From positions 2,167,319 to 2,231,318 of the forward strand of contig MU061579.1 of the NCBI GenBank assembly GCA_013265495.1: a stretch of 64,000 nt of DNA, given 5' to 3'. Source of the DNA: Vicugna vicugna. Lineage: Eukaryota. Of this stretch, positions 11,311-23,046 are shown piece by piece. A program made the translations under genes and the position numbers. Numbering within the stretch: position 1 is the first letter of the stretch; every line of letters starts with the position of its first letter. The notes below the pieces were generated by a model that was given only the letters and a program-made list of their open reading frames with translations, searched no databases and had not been told where the DNA came from.

Positions 11311-14300
11311 TTAATAAATCTCATTCTTAGCAAAGAAGTAGGGAAGTATCTTGGAAGCAGGGACATACCGTGCATAATGTACAGAGACAGGAGTAGATAC
11401 ATAGTACATGTTTGCTGAAGTCACAGTCATAGATTTGGTTCTGGTGACCAATAAAGAGAAACTCTCCAGTGGAATGTGACCCAATGAGCTTCTTAATTTC
11501 CATTGTAACATATGAGATATGCCGATTATTTACATTTTGGTAACGTAAAAGTAGCCAATAATCTTATTCAGATTTTTCTCTTTGGTTGAGTAGGCATTCT
11601 CCATTGTGAGAGCACATACATTTATCATGGAGTCTTATTCCAGTGATATGAAAAAAATGTAATAAAAAAATGTGGTTCATTAATAAACATACCTGTTTTT
11701 CCTGAATTGATTCTTACGGGGGAATAAAAGCCAGTGACCATGGTTCCAAAAGCACGGTCCTCTGGTTGGACTGATTCTCTTTTAATGTGCTTGTTTGCTT
11801 TACTCTCAATATAAACATTCACTATCATGTGTGTGTAAAACTCTCCAATGTTTTCTGGTTTGCCGTTCTGTGGACTCTGTAGACAGTGTAGCTTTCCCTT
11901 GACCCTGAGTTTTTTTTTTTTTTCCAACCGTAGATATTAATAGCAACATTTAATCCATACATTTCTTACTCATTCATGATAGTCATTTGACTATGTTTTA
12001 TAAAAGTTTCTAATGGTCTCTCAGCCTTGTGAGCACTTTCTGAATGTTGCTGTTCTGGCATGTTTTTCTTTGAGTAGATGAACCTGGACATGGAGGTTGA
12101 TGCTTGAGTTTAACCCAGATTCTAGCTCCTGTGCAGGTGTGCACGTGTCTGCACTGTTTTGTTACTTGATCTTTTTGAACAGGTTCGTCCATCTAGCTGC
12201 CATTCAGTTCAGGTTTTAGCTCTGGGCAGGGAGGAGGTTTTGAGGAACTGACATTGGGGTTTGGGCATGATGAAACAGAGAGAAGGCTCTACACAGGGAA
12301 CCACGCTACAGGCAGGAAAAACAAACAGTTCTGTATAATACAACACTTAATTCCACAAGCATACAAATACATAGACATGGAAAATTGTCCCTTCATTTTC
12401 CTAGTTACCAAACAGGTAAGGTCCAAATGTATACAATAATTTGAGAAAGCAAATGGTATGGATTAGCAGAGAGGAAGCTGAAGGGTGGTTGAAGAAATTT
12501 CCCCAATTATAAGCAAACCCGGAGAGTAAAACCTCTATTAATAAATCAGATTTTGCTCTTCAGAAGCAAAGTGGTTGGTGGATAGGGTAACAGCGTATCA
12601 GTATTTAAAAAGTGGCAGCCTGAAACCACAGATCTGGTTCTGTTTCATGAAGTAGTTGTCATCAGTAACTAACTGATGTTCGTAAAGTACTTCTGCAAAT
12701 GCCAACTGTTAAAAAATATGCTCAGAACTCTCTTAACATCAATAAAGGGAAATTCTTCTGCCACCAGGTGTCTCGATTGAAACCTTACCACATGTCATTA
12801 TTTTAAACACATAATAATATTACAATGTCACGCATCCTGGCTTTCAATAAATTTTGGGAAAAAAAACTAAATAATTTGCATGATGCACAGTTTTAAGAAA
12901 TATGCTGATTGAAATGTCAGAATCTTTATCATCTTATTGAATACAGTTTGCTCTAAGAAAGTGGGTGGAAACACCGTAATGATATATTGTCACGTGGGCC
13001 ACTTTATGGTCTACATTCTTTGTGATATGACAGTTGCTCCATTGACACCATGCTATTTATTGAATAGCAGAGCAAATAGACTAGTAAATCATGATTTCAT
13101 GTCTAGCCAATCGGAATCTGCCCTGGTTTTGTGGAGTGCTAAGTTTCTTAACTTATTTATTCTGCTTTCTTTTGTTTTTCTCTTTATCAGTCTCTATTTT
13201 CTGGCATTCTTTTCTTTAATGGACTCATCTTGAGACATTTTACAATGCATCCCATGTCAAATCCAATTCAACTAAGATGCCTAAATGCACATTATTTAAA
13301 TTAAATGCGAATGGTTTGAAAAGTATATACTTATCTCATAATTGCTTAAAACTGCATTTCCACATTATGTCTGTTGTAGATTTGAATCTTGTCAGTGTAT
13401 GCAGGAACCAAAGTTAGGTTTAAAAAAAAATTTAAAAATGCATTATTCACATCACATACGTCTGTACATCTGATAGTGTAATTAGCCATCAGAAGTACTA
13501 CATGCAGTGAGGTAATAGAGCCGTTATAATTTTGTACATCCTGCTGTTGATGGGTTTAGGTACCACATTTTGCACATTTTCTATTTCATTATTTTGGACT
13601 AAAAAAAGATAAAAATAAAATAACATGTTTTCTTTATTTTAGTCCTTTTTTATCATCCTTCACGCTTCTTTTGCTTTCCTTCCGTGTCTGGCTCTTGTTT
13701 CCCCAGTTTAGATAGGACTTGTTTTTCTTCGTTTATCTTTACTCCTTCCTGGCCTGTAGTGCTAACACTAATAATAACAATAGAAATCCTGGACCTAAAT
13801 CTGGGGGATTTCGGAGGTCACTGAGGTTACGTCTCTGCTTTTAGTTAGCATTCTAGCCATTCCAGAGTGAGAATTATTTATGCTCGTCTCGACATCACCA
13901 CAGATTTCTTGCATCTCTCAAATTATCTTTGATCTTATTTTTCTAAAAGTTTGATGCATCCTAACATTGACTGCTCTAGCTAAAATATCACCTCTCTAAT
14001 TCTTATCTCTTCACCATGCCTGCAGGTTTCCGCTACTTTCTTCTACTTCAACTCATTTCACTCTTTTTTTTTTTTCCCTCTGTGTACTGGACTGTTGACT
14101 TCTCTCTGTTAGATACAGCAAAGGTCTAATCACTTTTATGAGACTGAGAACATTTCATCAAAGTGATTTTCTGGAAAGATGTGCACTCAGACATGTCACT
14201 AGTTAGCAATTTCCCACAAGTGGGCTCACTTACATTAACACTTGGCGTTTCTACACTCTCTGTGCCCTGCTAGCTGTCTTGTGTAGCTGTCCGGTTATCT

Positions 14301-14499
14301 GTGATATGTCAGCTTCCTCTCCAGTGGGCCAGATTTTCTCTCTCATGAGCTTCATCCTTTTATGCCTGGACAGTTATAAAGACAAAAAGGGTCGTAACTG
14401 GAATTTATTTGCATGAAATATATTTCTGCTCTGAGATGCCACCATCTTGAGAACTACTCCAGAAAAGACAAAGGGTATGTATGGGATTTGATTAACTCA

Positions 14500-14650
14500 C
14501 AGAACTGTGTTCCAATCTTGATGCTGGCACTGAGTGGCGATGGGTCAAAAACCTCATCTGTAAGATGATTATGACAACTGTCCACAAGTAATGTAAGTTT
14601 TAACTTAAGTGAGGTAACGTGTAAGGTTCTGGGCACGAGTTCCTGGCAAG
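14500..14650 (+). mobile_element. MIR SINE fragment
   Basis: cctcatctgtaagatga...ttaagtgaggtaacgtgtaaggttctgggcacgagttcctggca. Confidence 0.6.
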
Positions 14651-15274
14651 GGGATAGGGGTCATGGATATGAATATGCCAAGAGATTTAAAAATCATTTT
14701 TAATTCCATCATTTAAATAATCTATGAAACGATTCCTAACTGATTGATTAAAACAGAAACAAACCAAAAATCAACAGAAAAGGCAGAAGGGTCCCTACTC
14801 ATTGTGCACACCGCCCCTCCTCCATCAGGTGACTCCAAACCAGGAAGAGATACATTGAGTCAAGCTTAGCTATAACGTACCCAGCAAACGGTAGGGTGAT
14901 GTAAGGCCTATTTTTCTTTCTAGCTACGGGAACAAAGTCGCATCTGTACGGTGGATGTGAACCAGCTAGTCATAGGGTTATTATTGATGTGGATACAGCC
15001 ATCAGTAAAACTTCCTTGTCATGCTCTGCTAGGCAAGTGTTCATTCTGCTAATAAGTTCTGTGCCTAAAATTAAAGTTACATAGATAGTTCCTATTTCAG
15101 ATGTCTTATAATGTTCACAGATTTGTATTTTCAATGTACACCCATTCATTGAGATCTAATCACATATGAATCAGTACTTAAGTGATTTGTCATTTTACTA
15201 AACCCCCCAAAATGGCTCTTCAACAAAACACAGTAACTCACACATGACTAAATGGTATTTGTAAAATTTCTTTT

Positions 15275-16425
15275 TTATTTATTTTTTTATTGAAGTATAT
15301 GTGATTTACAATGTTGTATTAGTTTCTGGTGTACAGCATAGTGATTTAGTCATACCTATGTATACATATTCTTTTTCATATTATTTTTCATTATAGGTTA
15401 TTACAAGATTTTGAATACAGTTTCCTGTGCTATACAGTAGGACTTTGTTGTTTATCTATTTTATATATAGTAGTTTGTATCTGCTAATTCCAAACTTCCA
15501 ATTTATCCCTCCCTCCCCTTTCCTCTTTGGTAACCGTAAGTTTGTTTTCTATGTCTGTGAGTCTGTTTCTGTTTTGTAAATAAATTCATTTGTTTCACTT
15601 TTTTTTAGATTCCATGTATAAGTGATATCAAGTGATATTTGTCTTTCTCTGTCTGACTTGCTTCACTTAGTATGATAATCTCTAGGTTTATCTATGTTGC
15701 TGCAAATAGCATCATTTTATTCTTCTTTTATGGCTGAGTAGTATTCCATTGTATACATATACAACTTCTTTATTCAGTCATCTGTCAATGGACATTTAAG
15801 TTGTTTCCATGTCTTGGCTATTGTAAATAGTGCTGCTATGAACATTGGGGTGCATGTATCTTTTCACATTAGAGTTTCCTCTGGATATATGCCCAGGAGT
15901 GGGATTGCTGGATCATATGGTAACTGTATTTTTAGTTTTCTTTTTTTTTTTTTTAAGGAATCTTCATACTGTTTTCTATAGTGGCTGCACCAAAGTACAT
16001 TCCCACTAACAGTGTAGAAGGGTTCCCTTTTTTCCACATCCTCCCCAGTATTTATTGTTTGTGAACTTTTTATTTATGGCCATTCTGACTGGTATGTGGT
16101 GATACCTCATTGTAGTTTTGATTTGCATTTCTTTGATAGTTAGCGATATTGAGCATTTTTTCATGTGTCTATTGGCCATCTGTATGTCTTCAATAGAGAA
16201 AGTCTGTTTCAGTATTCTGCCCATTTTTTGACTGAGTTGTTTGGGTTTTTGGCTTTTTTTTGTTATTGAGTTGTATGAGCTGTTTATATATTCTGGAAGC
16301 TAAGTCCTTGTCTGTCACATTGTTTGCAAATATTTTCTCCCGGTCTATAAGTTTTCTTTCCGTTTGTCTTATGGTTTCCTTTGCTATGCAAAAACTTCTA
16401 ACTTTAATTAGGTCCCATTTGTTTT
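15275..16425 (-). mobile_element. 5'-truncated LINE-1 (ORF2 C-terminus, 3' UTR and polyA), cetartiodactyl/camelid type, with TSD
   Basis: Poly-T tail, then the L1 3' UTR (ttgaagtatatgtgatttacaatgttg...ctgtgctatacagtagg) and ORF2 sequence. Flanking direct repeats aaatttctttt (15264-15274) and aaacttctttt (16426-16436); the latter is followed by AA, giving the L1 endonuclease TTTT/AA site. Confidence 0.95.
16006..16224 (-). pseudogene. Disrupted L1 ORF2p C-terminal cysteine-rich region (fragment)
   Basis: [45 protein letters not shown]...[13 protein letters not shown] matches the L1 ORF2p motif [34 protein letters not shown]...CWRGCGEIGTLLHC; it ends at a premature stop. Confidence 0.92.
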
Positions 16426-16949
16426 AAACTTCTTTTAAAAAATACAAAATTATTCCCACCTAGAACTGAGCTCAACATTGCAAGTTGAGGCAGCGTTGTG
16501 AGCTTTTTCTTGCTGTGGGTGAATGAAACTCGGTTTCAGCTAGAAAAGATACAACCTATAGTAACATAAAAATAGATCCTGTGACTCCACTGTTGAAGAA
16601 TTTTATCTCACTTATCTGTCATAAGCAGTCAGAATGGAGTCTACCTTTTAGACCCCGGAAGATTTTTTTTTCCTTTCTTTTATGTTATTGGATATATTCT
16701 ATGCACCCTGTAATTAAATACCTCGTGAGCATTGACCAGTTCTTGGTTAATGTGATGTTATATTAACTGATAGCAAGGAAGCCTGTTGCTCTTCCGCTGA
16801 TCAGTGTTTAAACTGGGATTAGAAAGCTCTAATGACTAATAGTCACAAGCCTGGATTTCTGAATCAGACCTTACTATCCATCTCCAACTCATATAGTGCT
16901 TATCTCATATTATTGTTGTTAGAGTAAATAAAAGTATAAATTTACCCCA

Positions 16950-17008
16950 GTGTGTGTGCGTGTGTGTGTGTGTGTGTTTGTGTACGTGTGTGTGTGTATG
17001 TGTGTGTG
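16950..17008. repeat. Imperfect (TG)n microsatellite
   Basis: Read directly. Confidence 0.95.
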
Positions 17009-17030
17009 CATGCTTAAAGAAATTTTTAGC

Positions 17031-17260
17031 TATTCATTCATTAATTTAAATCAAGAAACATTGATGGGCCTGCCATGTGCCTTGCATTGTCATGGCATGG
17101 ATATGAGATATGATGAAGGACACAGCCCCTGTCCTGCAGACTGTCCCTGTCTAGTGAGTAAGACAAATATATTAACCATCAGTTAATGTGATCAATTCAT
17201 TAATAGAGGAGTAGACTGAGTTCAGGAGAACAGTGTGGCAGGTCAGAATTCTCAGTCTAA
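17031..17260 (-). mobile_element. L2 3' end
   Basis: tattcattcatt...aaacattgatgggcctgccatgtgcc...gacacagcccctgtcctg...gtctagtgagtaagaca. Confidence 0.75.
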
Positions 17261-17447
17261 GTCAAAGAAGGCAGGCTCTTTGCATTTTCTACTGAAATAC
17301 CTCTATAGCAGAAAGTAGAAGCTTGTTTGGCATCCAACGTGGAATGAGATTCTTCGCTGACTTCAAGCAAAAACAGTCCGCATTTGTGAGAGTGTTTCCT
17401 GGCCCTTAAGGACAGCAATGTTCAGTGCTTGAAAGTTTGTCTAGAGA

Positions 17448-17511
17448 GTGTGTGTGTGTGCATGTGCGTGTACTGAAATATCTCTGGATAATACACACAC
17501 ACACACACACA
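17448..17511. repeat. Inverted pair of (TG)n and (CA)n microsatellites
   Basis: TG arm 17448-17472, 19-nt spacer, CA arm 17492-17511. Confidence 0.9.
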
Positions 17512-17516
17512 GATCT

Positions 17517-18050
17517 TACATTACTCTTCTACCACTGCTGTAACAATTACCCAAATTAAGTGTCTTAAAGCATCCCAAATTTATTATCTCACAATTCTGG
17601 AGGTCAGAAGTCTGAAATGAGACTCAGGGAGCTAAATCAAGGCGCCAACAGGGTTGCATTCCATTCTGGAGGCTCTAGGGGAGGATCTGCTTTTGCCTTT
17701 TCCAGCTTTTAAAGCCTGGCTGAATGTCTTGGCTCACAGCCCCTTCTTCCATCTTCTGAGTCAGCAGTGACCAGTAGAGGAGCTCTCGCACCCCATCAGC
17801 CCGGCACTGACTTCTTCTGCCTCCTTTATCTGCATCTAAGGGACAGTCTGACTACACTGGCTGACTGCAATAATCCAGGGTAATCTATTTTATTGTCCAC
17901 TGATTGGCAAACATAATTCCACCTGCAACCTTATGTAACCCCTGACCCCCACCAACCCCCCACCAGGTAACATGATATACTCATGGATTCTGGGGATTCA
18001 AATGTGAGTATCTTTGTTGTGGGTGGTGTGTGCTTTATTTTGATGCCACA
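17517..18050 (-). mobile_element. MaLR solo LTR, MLT1D-like
   Basis: ctgctgtaacaattaccc...aaatttattatctcacaattctggaggtcagaagtctgaaat...tctggaggctctaggggaggatctg...ataatccagg...ctgattggcaaacataattccacctgcaacc...ccaca. Confidence 0.88.
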
Positions 18051-18521
18051 GAAGTATATTATTTTTCCAATTAAGAATTGGATATTAGGGAGGAAATTAA
18101 GAATATGAGCAATAAACTGAAAGTCTCTTTCCATCTGCACAGTAGAGAGAAGACCAGGACTTGGATTTCTTGTTAAGACCCTTCCCTGTTCCATAAACTG
18201 TGTACCATATTGACACAAAAATTATGCAGGTAAACAAATGGGAAGTATCATATAATTATCATATAAAAAGGATTAAACTCACATTCTGTACATTTTGGGT
18301 GAGGGAGAGATGGGAGAAAATGATCTCTGTGAAATAAGTAAGAGGTGGTGCATTTTGATGATGGGACCCCAGATCCAGGGCAGATGGAGAGAAAGAATAT
18401 CGTTACAAACTTTAGAGCTCATTCAAAATTGAGATCTATCCAGCATCTAAAAAACAATGACCATTTTCCTTTATATTTCTTCCTTGTTCAGTGAAAATGT
18501 AAACGCTATGAGCGGTGAAGT

Positions 18522-18925
18522 AACACTACATTACAGCACTTACCACATGCCAAGCGCTCTTCAAACTGCCTTACGTCTATTAATTGTTTATTCATCACCA
18601 TGCTGTCTCCTTGAGCATCTGTACAGTCACACAGACCCCACTCTGGGAAGCCCCCACCCCCTCAGTTTAATGTTCTGCTGCCACTATTGAAATTCTTCAT
18701 CGTTTTTGAAGGATGGACCCTTTTTTTTGTATTTGGCACAAGACCCTATAAATTGTTTAGTTGGTCCTGTTCATCACACCAAAGCTTTACACTAGATAAA
18801 AATTTTACCAACATTTTGTAAAAGAGAAATGGAGACACAGAAGGGTTAACTGGCCAAGGTCACACTGAGGTCTGTGGGAGAGCCAGGATTTGAACCTCAG
18901 GAGAAAGAGCTCGGAACCACCTCAG
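18522..18925 (-). mobile_element. MIR SINE split by the MER91A insertion
   Basis: agcacttaccacatgccaagcgctct...(insert)...gagacacagaagggttaactggccaaggtcacac...gggagagccaggatttgaacc. Confidence 0.85.
18599..18769 (+). mobile_element. MER91A-like non-autonomous hAT DNA transposon with perfect 8-bp TSD
   Basis: ctgtacagtcacacag...tttaatgttctgctg...ttgaaattcttcatcgtttttgaa...aaattgtttagttggtcctg; TSD TTCATCAC at 18591-18598 and 18770-18777. Confidence 0.85.
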
Positions 18926-19699
18926 TCTCCTCCTCCTTTGAAGGCAGAGGTAGTATTTTCTTCCCAACTCTGACCCACTGTCTGCTACCTGGTTAATTTT
19001 CGCTAAGTGCTTGTTGAACTAAATTATATGTGATGGTCTTTGGTAAAAATATTCATTTCATTTTTCAACGAATAGAGATGAAAGTAAAAAAAAAAAACCT
19101 GAATCTTTTCCAAGACATTTGTTCAAACAGGCTAAAATTGTCTTTTTTTCTTTTCACATAATCATGTCTAAGGATATTCCCTTGTTCAAAGTCCATTATT
19201 GATTATTTATTAGTTGGATTATATAGCAAGATATTCTGGGGAGTGCTGATAAAACTACACAAAGCAATATTTTACCACTGTCCTAATTTAGCCTTAAAAA
19301 TCTTAAATTTTAGAAGCAGTGATTTTATAGAAATGCATGAATAAAATTAAGAAGTATAATTACATGTCTGTTCAATAGAGTGAGAAATAAGGAAGCCATA
19401 TACAGTATTAAACAGGTAGGGTAGGAGGAGCAATTGAGAGGGTTTGCTGGTTGTTAGGATTCAAATTAATTTAATATGCATTTCCTGAGGTTTGCTGTGT
19501 GCCAATGCTAGGCTGTGTGAAGAAAATTTTAGTAATAATTTTATTAGTAATAATAATAAAAAATCATCCTCAGGGAACACGGAGTTCCATGGGTGGAGAG
19601 GTTCAATCATATGGTGGTCTCATCAGAAAGGGTCCATGACAAGGGCTGGAAGAGACAGCTTAGTAAGAACCTGAGGCAAGCACTTTGACATTGTAATGT

Positions 19700-19850
19700 T
19701 TATTCTACCAATTTATAACATGTGTAACTTTGGGCAACTCACAGCCCTTCAGTATCTCCATTTCACCATCTGCAGAGTGGTGCTGATAGCATCTTTTCTA
19801 CCTACTTCATGAGGTGATGTAAGTACTTACCGGATCCTTGAATGTGAATA
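19700..19850 (+). mobile_element. MIR SINE fragment
   Basis: tgtgtaactttgggcaactcac...ctccatttcaccatctgcagagtgg...ctacctacttcatgagg. Confidence 0.7.
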
Positions 19851-20186
19851 CATGTTGATTTTTTTTTAAAGGGAAGAGGAGGGAGGTATTAAACAGAGAT
19901 GTTTTTCTTGCACTAAGAATAGTTCCAAACAAGGTATAGGCAATAAATCACAAAGTACGAATAAGCAAGCCTTATTTCACAGTAAACACAGCTACATTAT
20001 TTGAATCTCTTTTTTTCTACCTTACATAATCCATATTCAGTTGACTCAGACAGCTATTGGACCAAAACAAAAATACTGAAGATCTTAGTAGTGCTAATTT
20101 ACTCTAATCCTTAATTTACAATCTTAAGTGTATAATTCGTATTTGGTTGACTCAGTTAATAGGGAAGCCAAAACATGAAGCTAACT

Positions 20187-20310
20187 TATTTGATTCATTT
20201 AATCATTTACTGGAGATTTATTATTTATAAGTCATTGCAAGTAATGTAGAGATGAATAAGATAAATAAGATACAGTCTATACCTTTATGGAGACCATGGT
20301 TTGCTAGTGA
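20187..20310 (-). mobile_element. L2 3' end remnant
   Basis: attcatttaatcatttactg...agagatgaataaga...acagtctatacctttatggag. Confidence 0.55.
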
Positions 20311-20386
20311 TAATGGCAATAAAATTCGGCATTTTTTTTCCCTTTATTTGCTTTTGGGAACATGTCCTTTTGTTTTTGTATTTAAA

Positions 20387-20656
20387 TTTTTTTTTAAATT
20401 GAAGTATAGTTGATTTACAATGTTGTGTTAATTTCTGGTGTACAGCATAGCGATTCATATATAGATATATATTCCTTTTCCTATTCTTTTTCATTATAGG
20501 TCATTCTAAAGTATTGAATGTATTTCCCTGTGCTATACAGTAGGACCTCGTTGTTTATCTACTTTATATATAGTAGTTAGTATCTAAAAATCCCAAACTC
20601 CCAGTTTATCCCTTTCCACCCTTTTTTTTCCCGGCAACTGTAAGTTTGTTTTCTAT
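20387..20656 (-). mobile_element. Short L1 3' UTR fragment, same family as 15275-16425
   Basis: Aligns by eye with about 15290-15552 (ttgaagtatagttgatttacaatgttgtg...ctgtgctatacagtagg...taagtttgttttctat). Confidence 0.93.
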
Positions 20657-20758
20657 TTTTATTTTATTTATTTACTTATTTAATGGAGGTGCTGGGGATT
20701 AAACCCAGGACCTCATGCGTGCTAAGTGTGCACTCTACCACTGAGCTATCCCCACACT
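20657..20758 (-). mobile_element. tRNA-derived SINE, camelid Vic-1-like
   Basis: Minus strand reads GGGGATAGCTCAGTGGTAGAGTGCACACTTAGCACGCATGAGGTCCTGGGTTTAATCCCCAGCACCTCCATT plus an A-rich tail; A box TAGCTCAGTGG and B-box-like GGTTTAATCC. Confidence 0.88.
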
Positions 20759-22979
20759 AAGACCAGATGTATTGAGCGCTTTAGAATAGCTGTGAAGATT
20801 CACAGGAGGAAATGAACATATGAAATGGTAAACTATGTAACTAACAATCTGGATTATATATGTATTTTTGTGGGAAGAAAAAACAATTTAAAATCAAGCC
20901 GTGTGGCAGAAGTATCATTTGATTAAAAACCCCCTGTTATTTTATAAGGAATGACCAAAGCTACCCAGGAGATTGCACGTGTTGGTGCATTTTTTCACAG
21001 CAACTTCGCTGTGGTTTATGAAAATGTAAATTTCTCTCCTGAAAGTTTTATTGTGAAGAGTAATAGTTTTGAAAACATGATCAGTAGATCAAGGAGTAAA
21101 ATAATATTATGATAAAACCTGTAGCTTGGATGTTATGATAATGGAAGAAAAATGTCTGGCTCAAGCTGGTTTAGATCATTTCAAGATGGCATTACAATAT
21201 CCGCAGATTTCAAACACCAGAGGTAAAATTCCCTGAAGAATACACCCATTTACATTACCGTGACCTTGATGCTTGTCAAAATCATTCACTGTTTAACTTC
21301 ACTAGCTGAGTTGATGCCTTAGAGTTCATTATAGCTGACTCACTTTAAGCCAAACTGGCTAGCACAGTAAGGCATTCTGGGCCCCTTGTTGACACAAAAA
21401 TGAAATATTTAACAATAAGAAGCTAGCGTTTGGTTGTCAGCAATTTCAAAAATAGAGTAGCAAGTGACAGACACACCAAGTTTAGAGTGGTTTGGAGTAT
21501 AAGAACAACATTTTTTTCCTTTAAATGGTGAATCAGCAGTTGTATGGTAAGTCATATAACAAGGATTTCAGGAACAAATATGCCCCAGGGCACTGGATTT
21601 GATCTGGGCAGAAATTATTAACATTACTCAGGGCGAAAGGCTTTGTTCCTGCTGGCCACCTGCAGTGTTTAGTAATGCCCTTTTACCGTTCTATCAAGGG
21701 CCCTGCCTCGACCGACTGTCTGACTTGACATTGGACACTACTGAGAGGAGACAAGCATGCAGAGAGTGAGTGATTAATGTAAGCCCTTCTGTAGCTAGCC
21801 AGAGGCTTAAGGAATTCTTTTCTACAGCATTCCAGAGATAATTGCCCACCATTTTATCTAGGAAAGCATGAAGTCATTAAAAAAATATGGCAAACTGTGA
21901 CATGAAGGAGGGTAGTGTTATACAAGGAAGGAAATAAAAAAACAAAATGGAAAATGGAGGCTGAAAAAGAATATATGTGAGTCTGTAGAGTCTTTGGGGA
22001 GTGGGGTTCATTTAACCAACGTAGATCAGTTTTTCAGATTGATAAACTCGAAGGTTTTATGTAATTTTCCCCTTAGCATCTGACAAACTTGCATGAATTC
22101 CCTGAAGATTACTGTTTTATAAGTTGACTAATATACTTGCCAGCTGAAAACTTTTCTTCACATTTTATAAATTAAATCTCACTCGATTGTTAAATGTCTC
22201 TATTAATGAAACTAAACACAGTGCATACTTTAAAAATAATCGATTAGAAATATGTATAACATTATTGTGCTTGAATCCTTTACTGCCTTATATGCAATCA
22301 ATTCCATTCCAATTTGGCATCCACAATCCACAAGAGCATCTTAGGTTCCAAAATATTGTAGCCAAATATCCTCTTCATCACGCTGGGGCTGGGGGCTCAG
22401 GGAGATAATCGACTTCAGTTGTGTTCAGAATGCCTGGGCGCTCCATATGGCTTCTTTTCCATTGGCAAGTTAGTCCTTAAAATCTTAGAGGATTCCACTA
22501 CATATGCATAAGTATTATAAATTAATGTTCTAATATGCTTTGAGCCCCTTGCTGAATGAATGGCAGGCAGAATGAAAAGAAAAAGAAAAACGTATTTAAA
22601 AAAACCCAAAACAGGAAACAAAAACAAAACCATAGGCATGTGGTTCTCCCCAGGCACCGGAATTAGAAGTTTGGAGAGACTCAAAGACTTGATCCTTTCT
22701 TTTCTGGAATTAACTCTTGGGAGATAAACGGAAATTAGGCAGTGTTTTGATACCTTAGCTTTGAGAAGTGGCTGTAATCATTCCAGTCAAACTTCTTACA
22801 TCATCGTAACTTATCGCTGCTTTTTAAACATATTTTAAAGAGTTTTTTCTTTGCAGTTTTAAAAGAAAGACAGAAAAATGCATTTAGCCACATGGACGTG
22901 ATTTATCAGAAGGCTCATTTATTTAAAACCAATTTTTAAAAAGCCCTCATTTTAATGAATGAGCCCAGGAACTGTGTCT

Positions 22980-23046
22980 CTCCTCTCTCTTCCTTTCCTT
23001 CCTTTCTGCCTTCCTGCCTTCCTGCCTCCCTTCTTTTTTCCTTTTA
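22980..23046. repeat. CT-rich low-complexity tract (CCTT/CCTG units)
   Basis: Read directly. Confidence 0.85.

Noticed and set aside
20285..20494. 69-aa ORF containing YAVHQKLTQHCKSTILQ
   Set aside because: It is a reading of the non-coding L1 3' UTR.
20682..20755. tRNA gene
   Set aside because: It has A- and B-box-like motifs but an A-rich tail and a second diverged copy at about 26800, so it is a tRNA-derived SINE.
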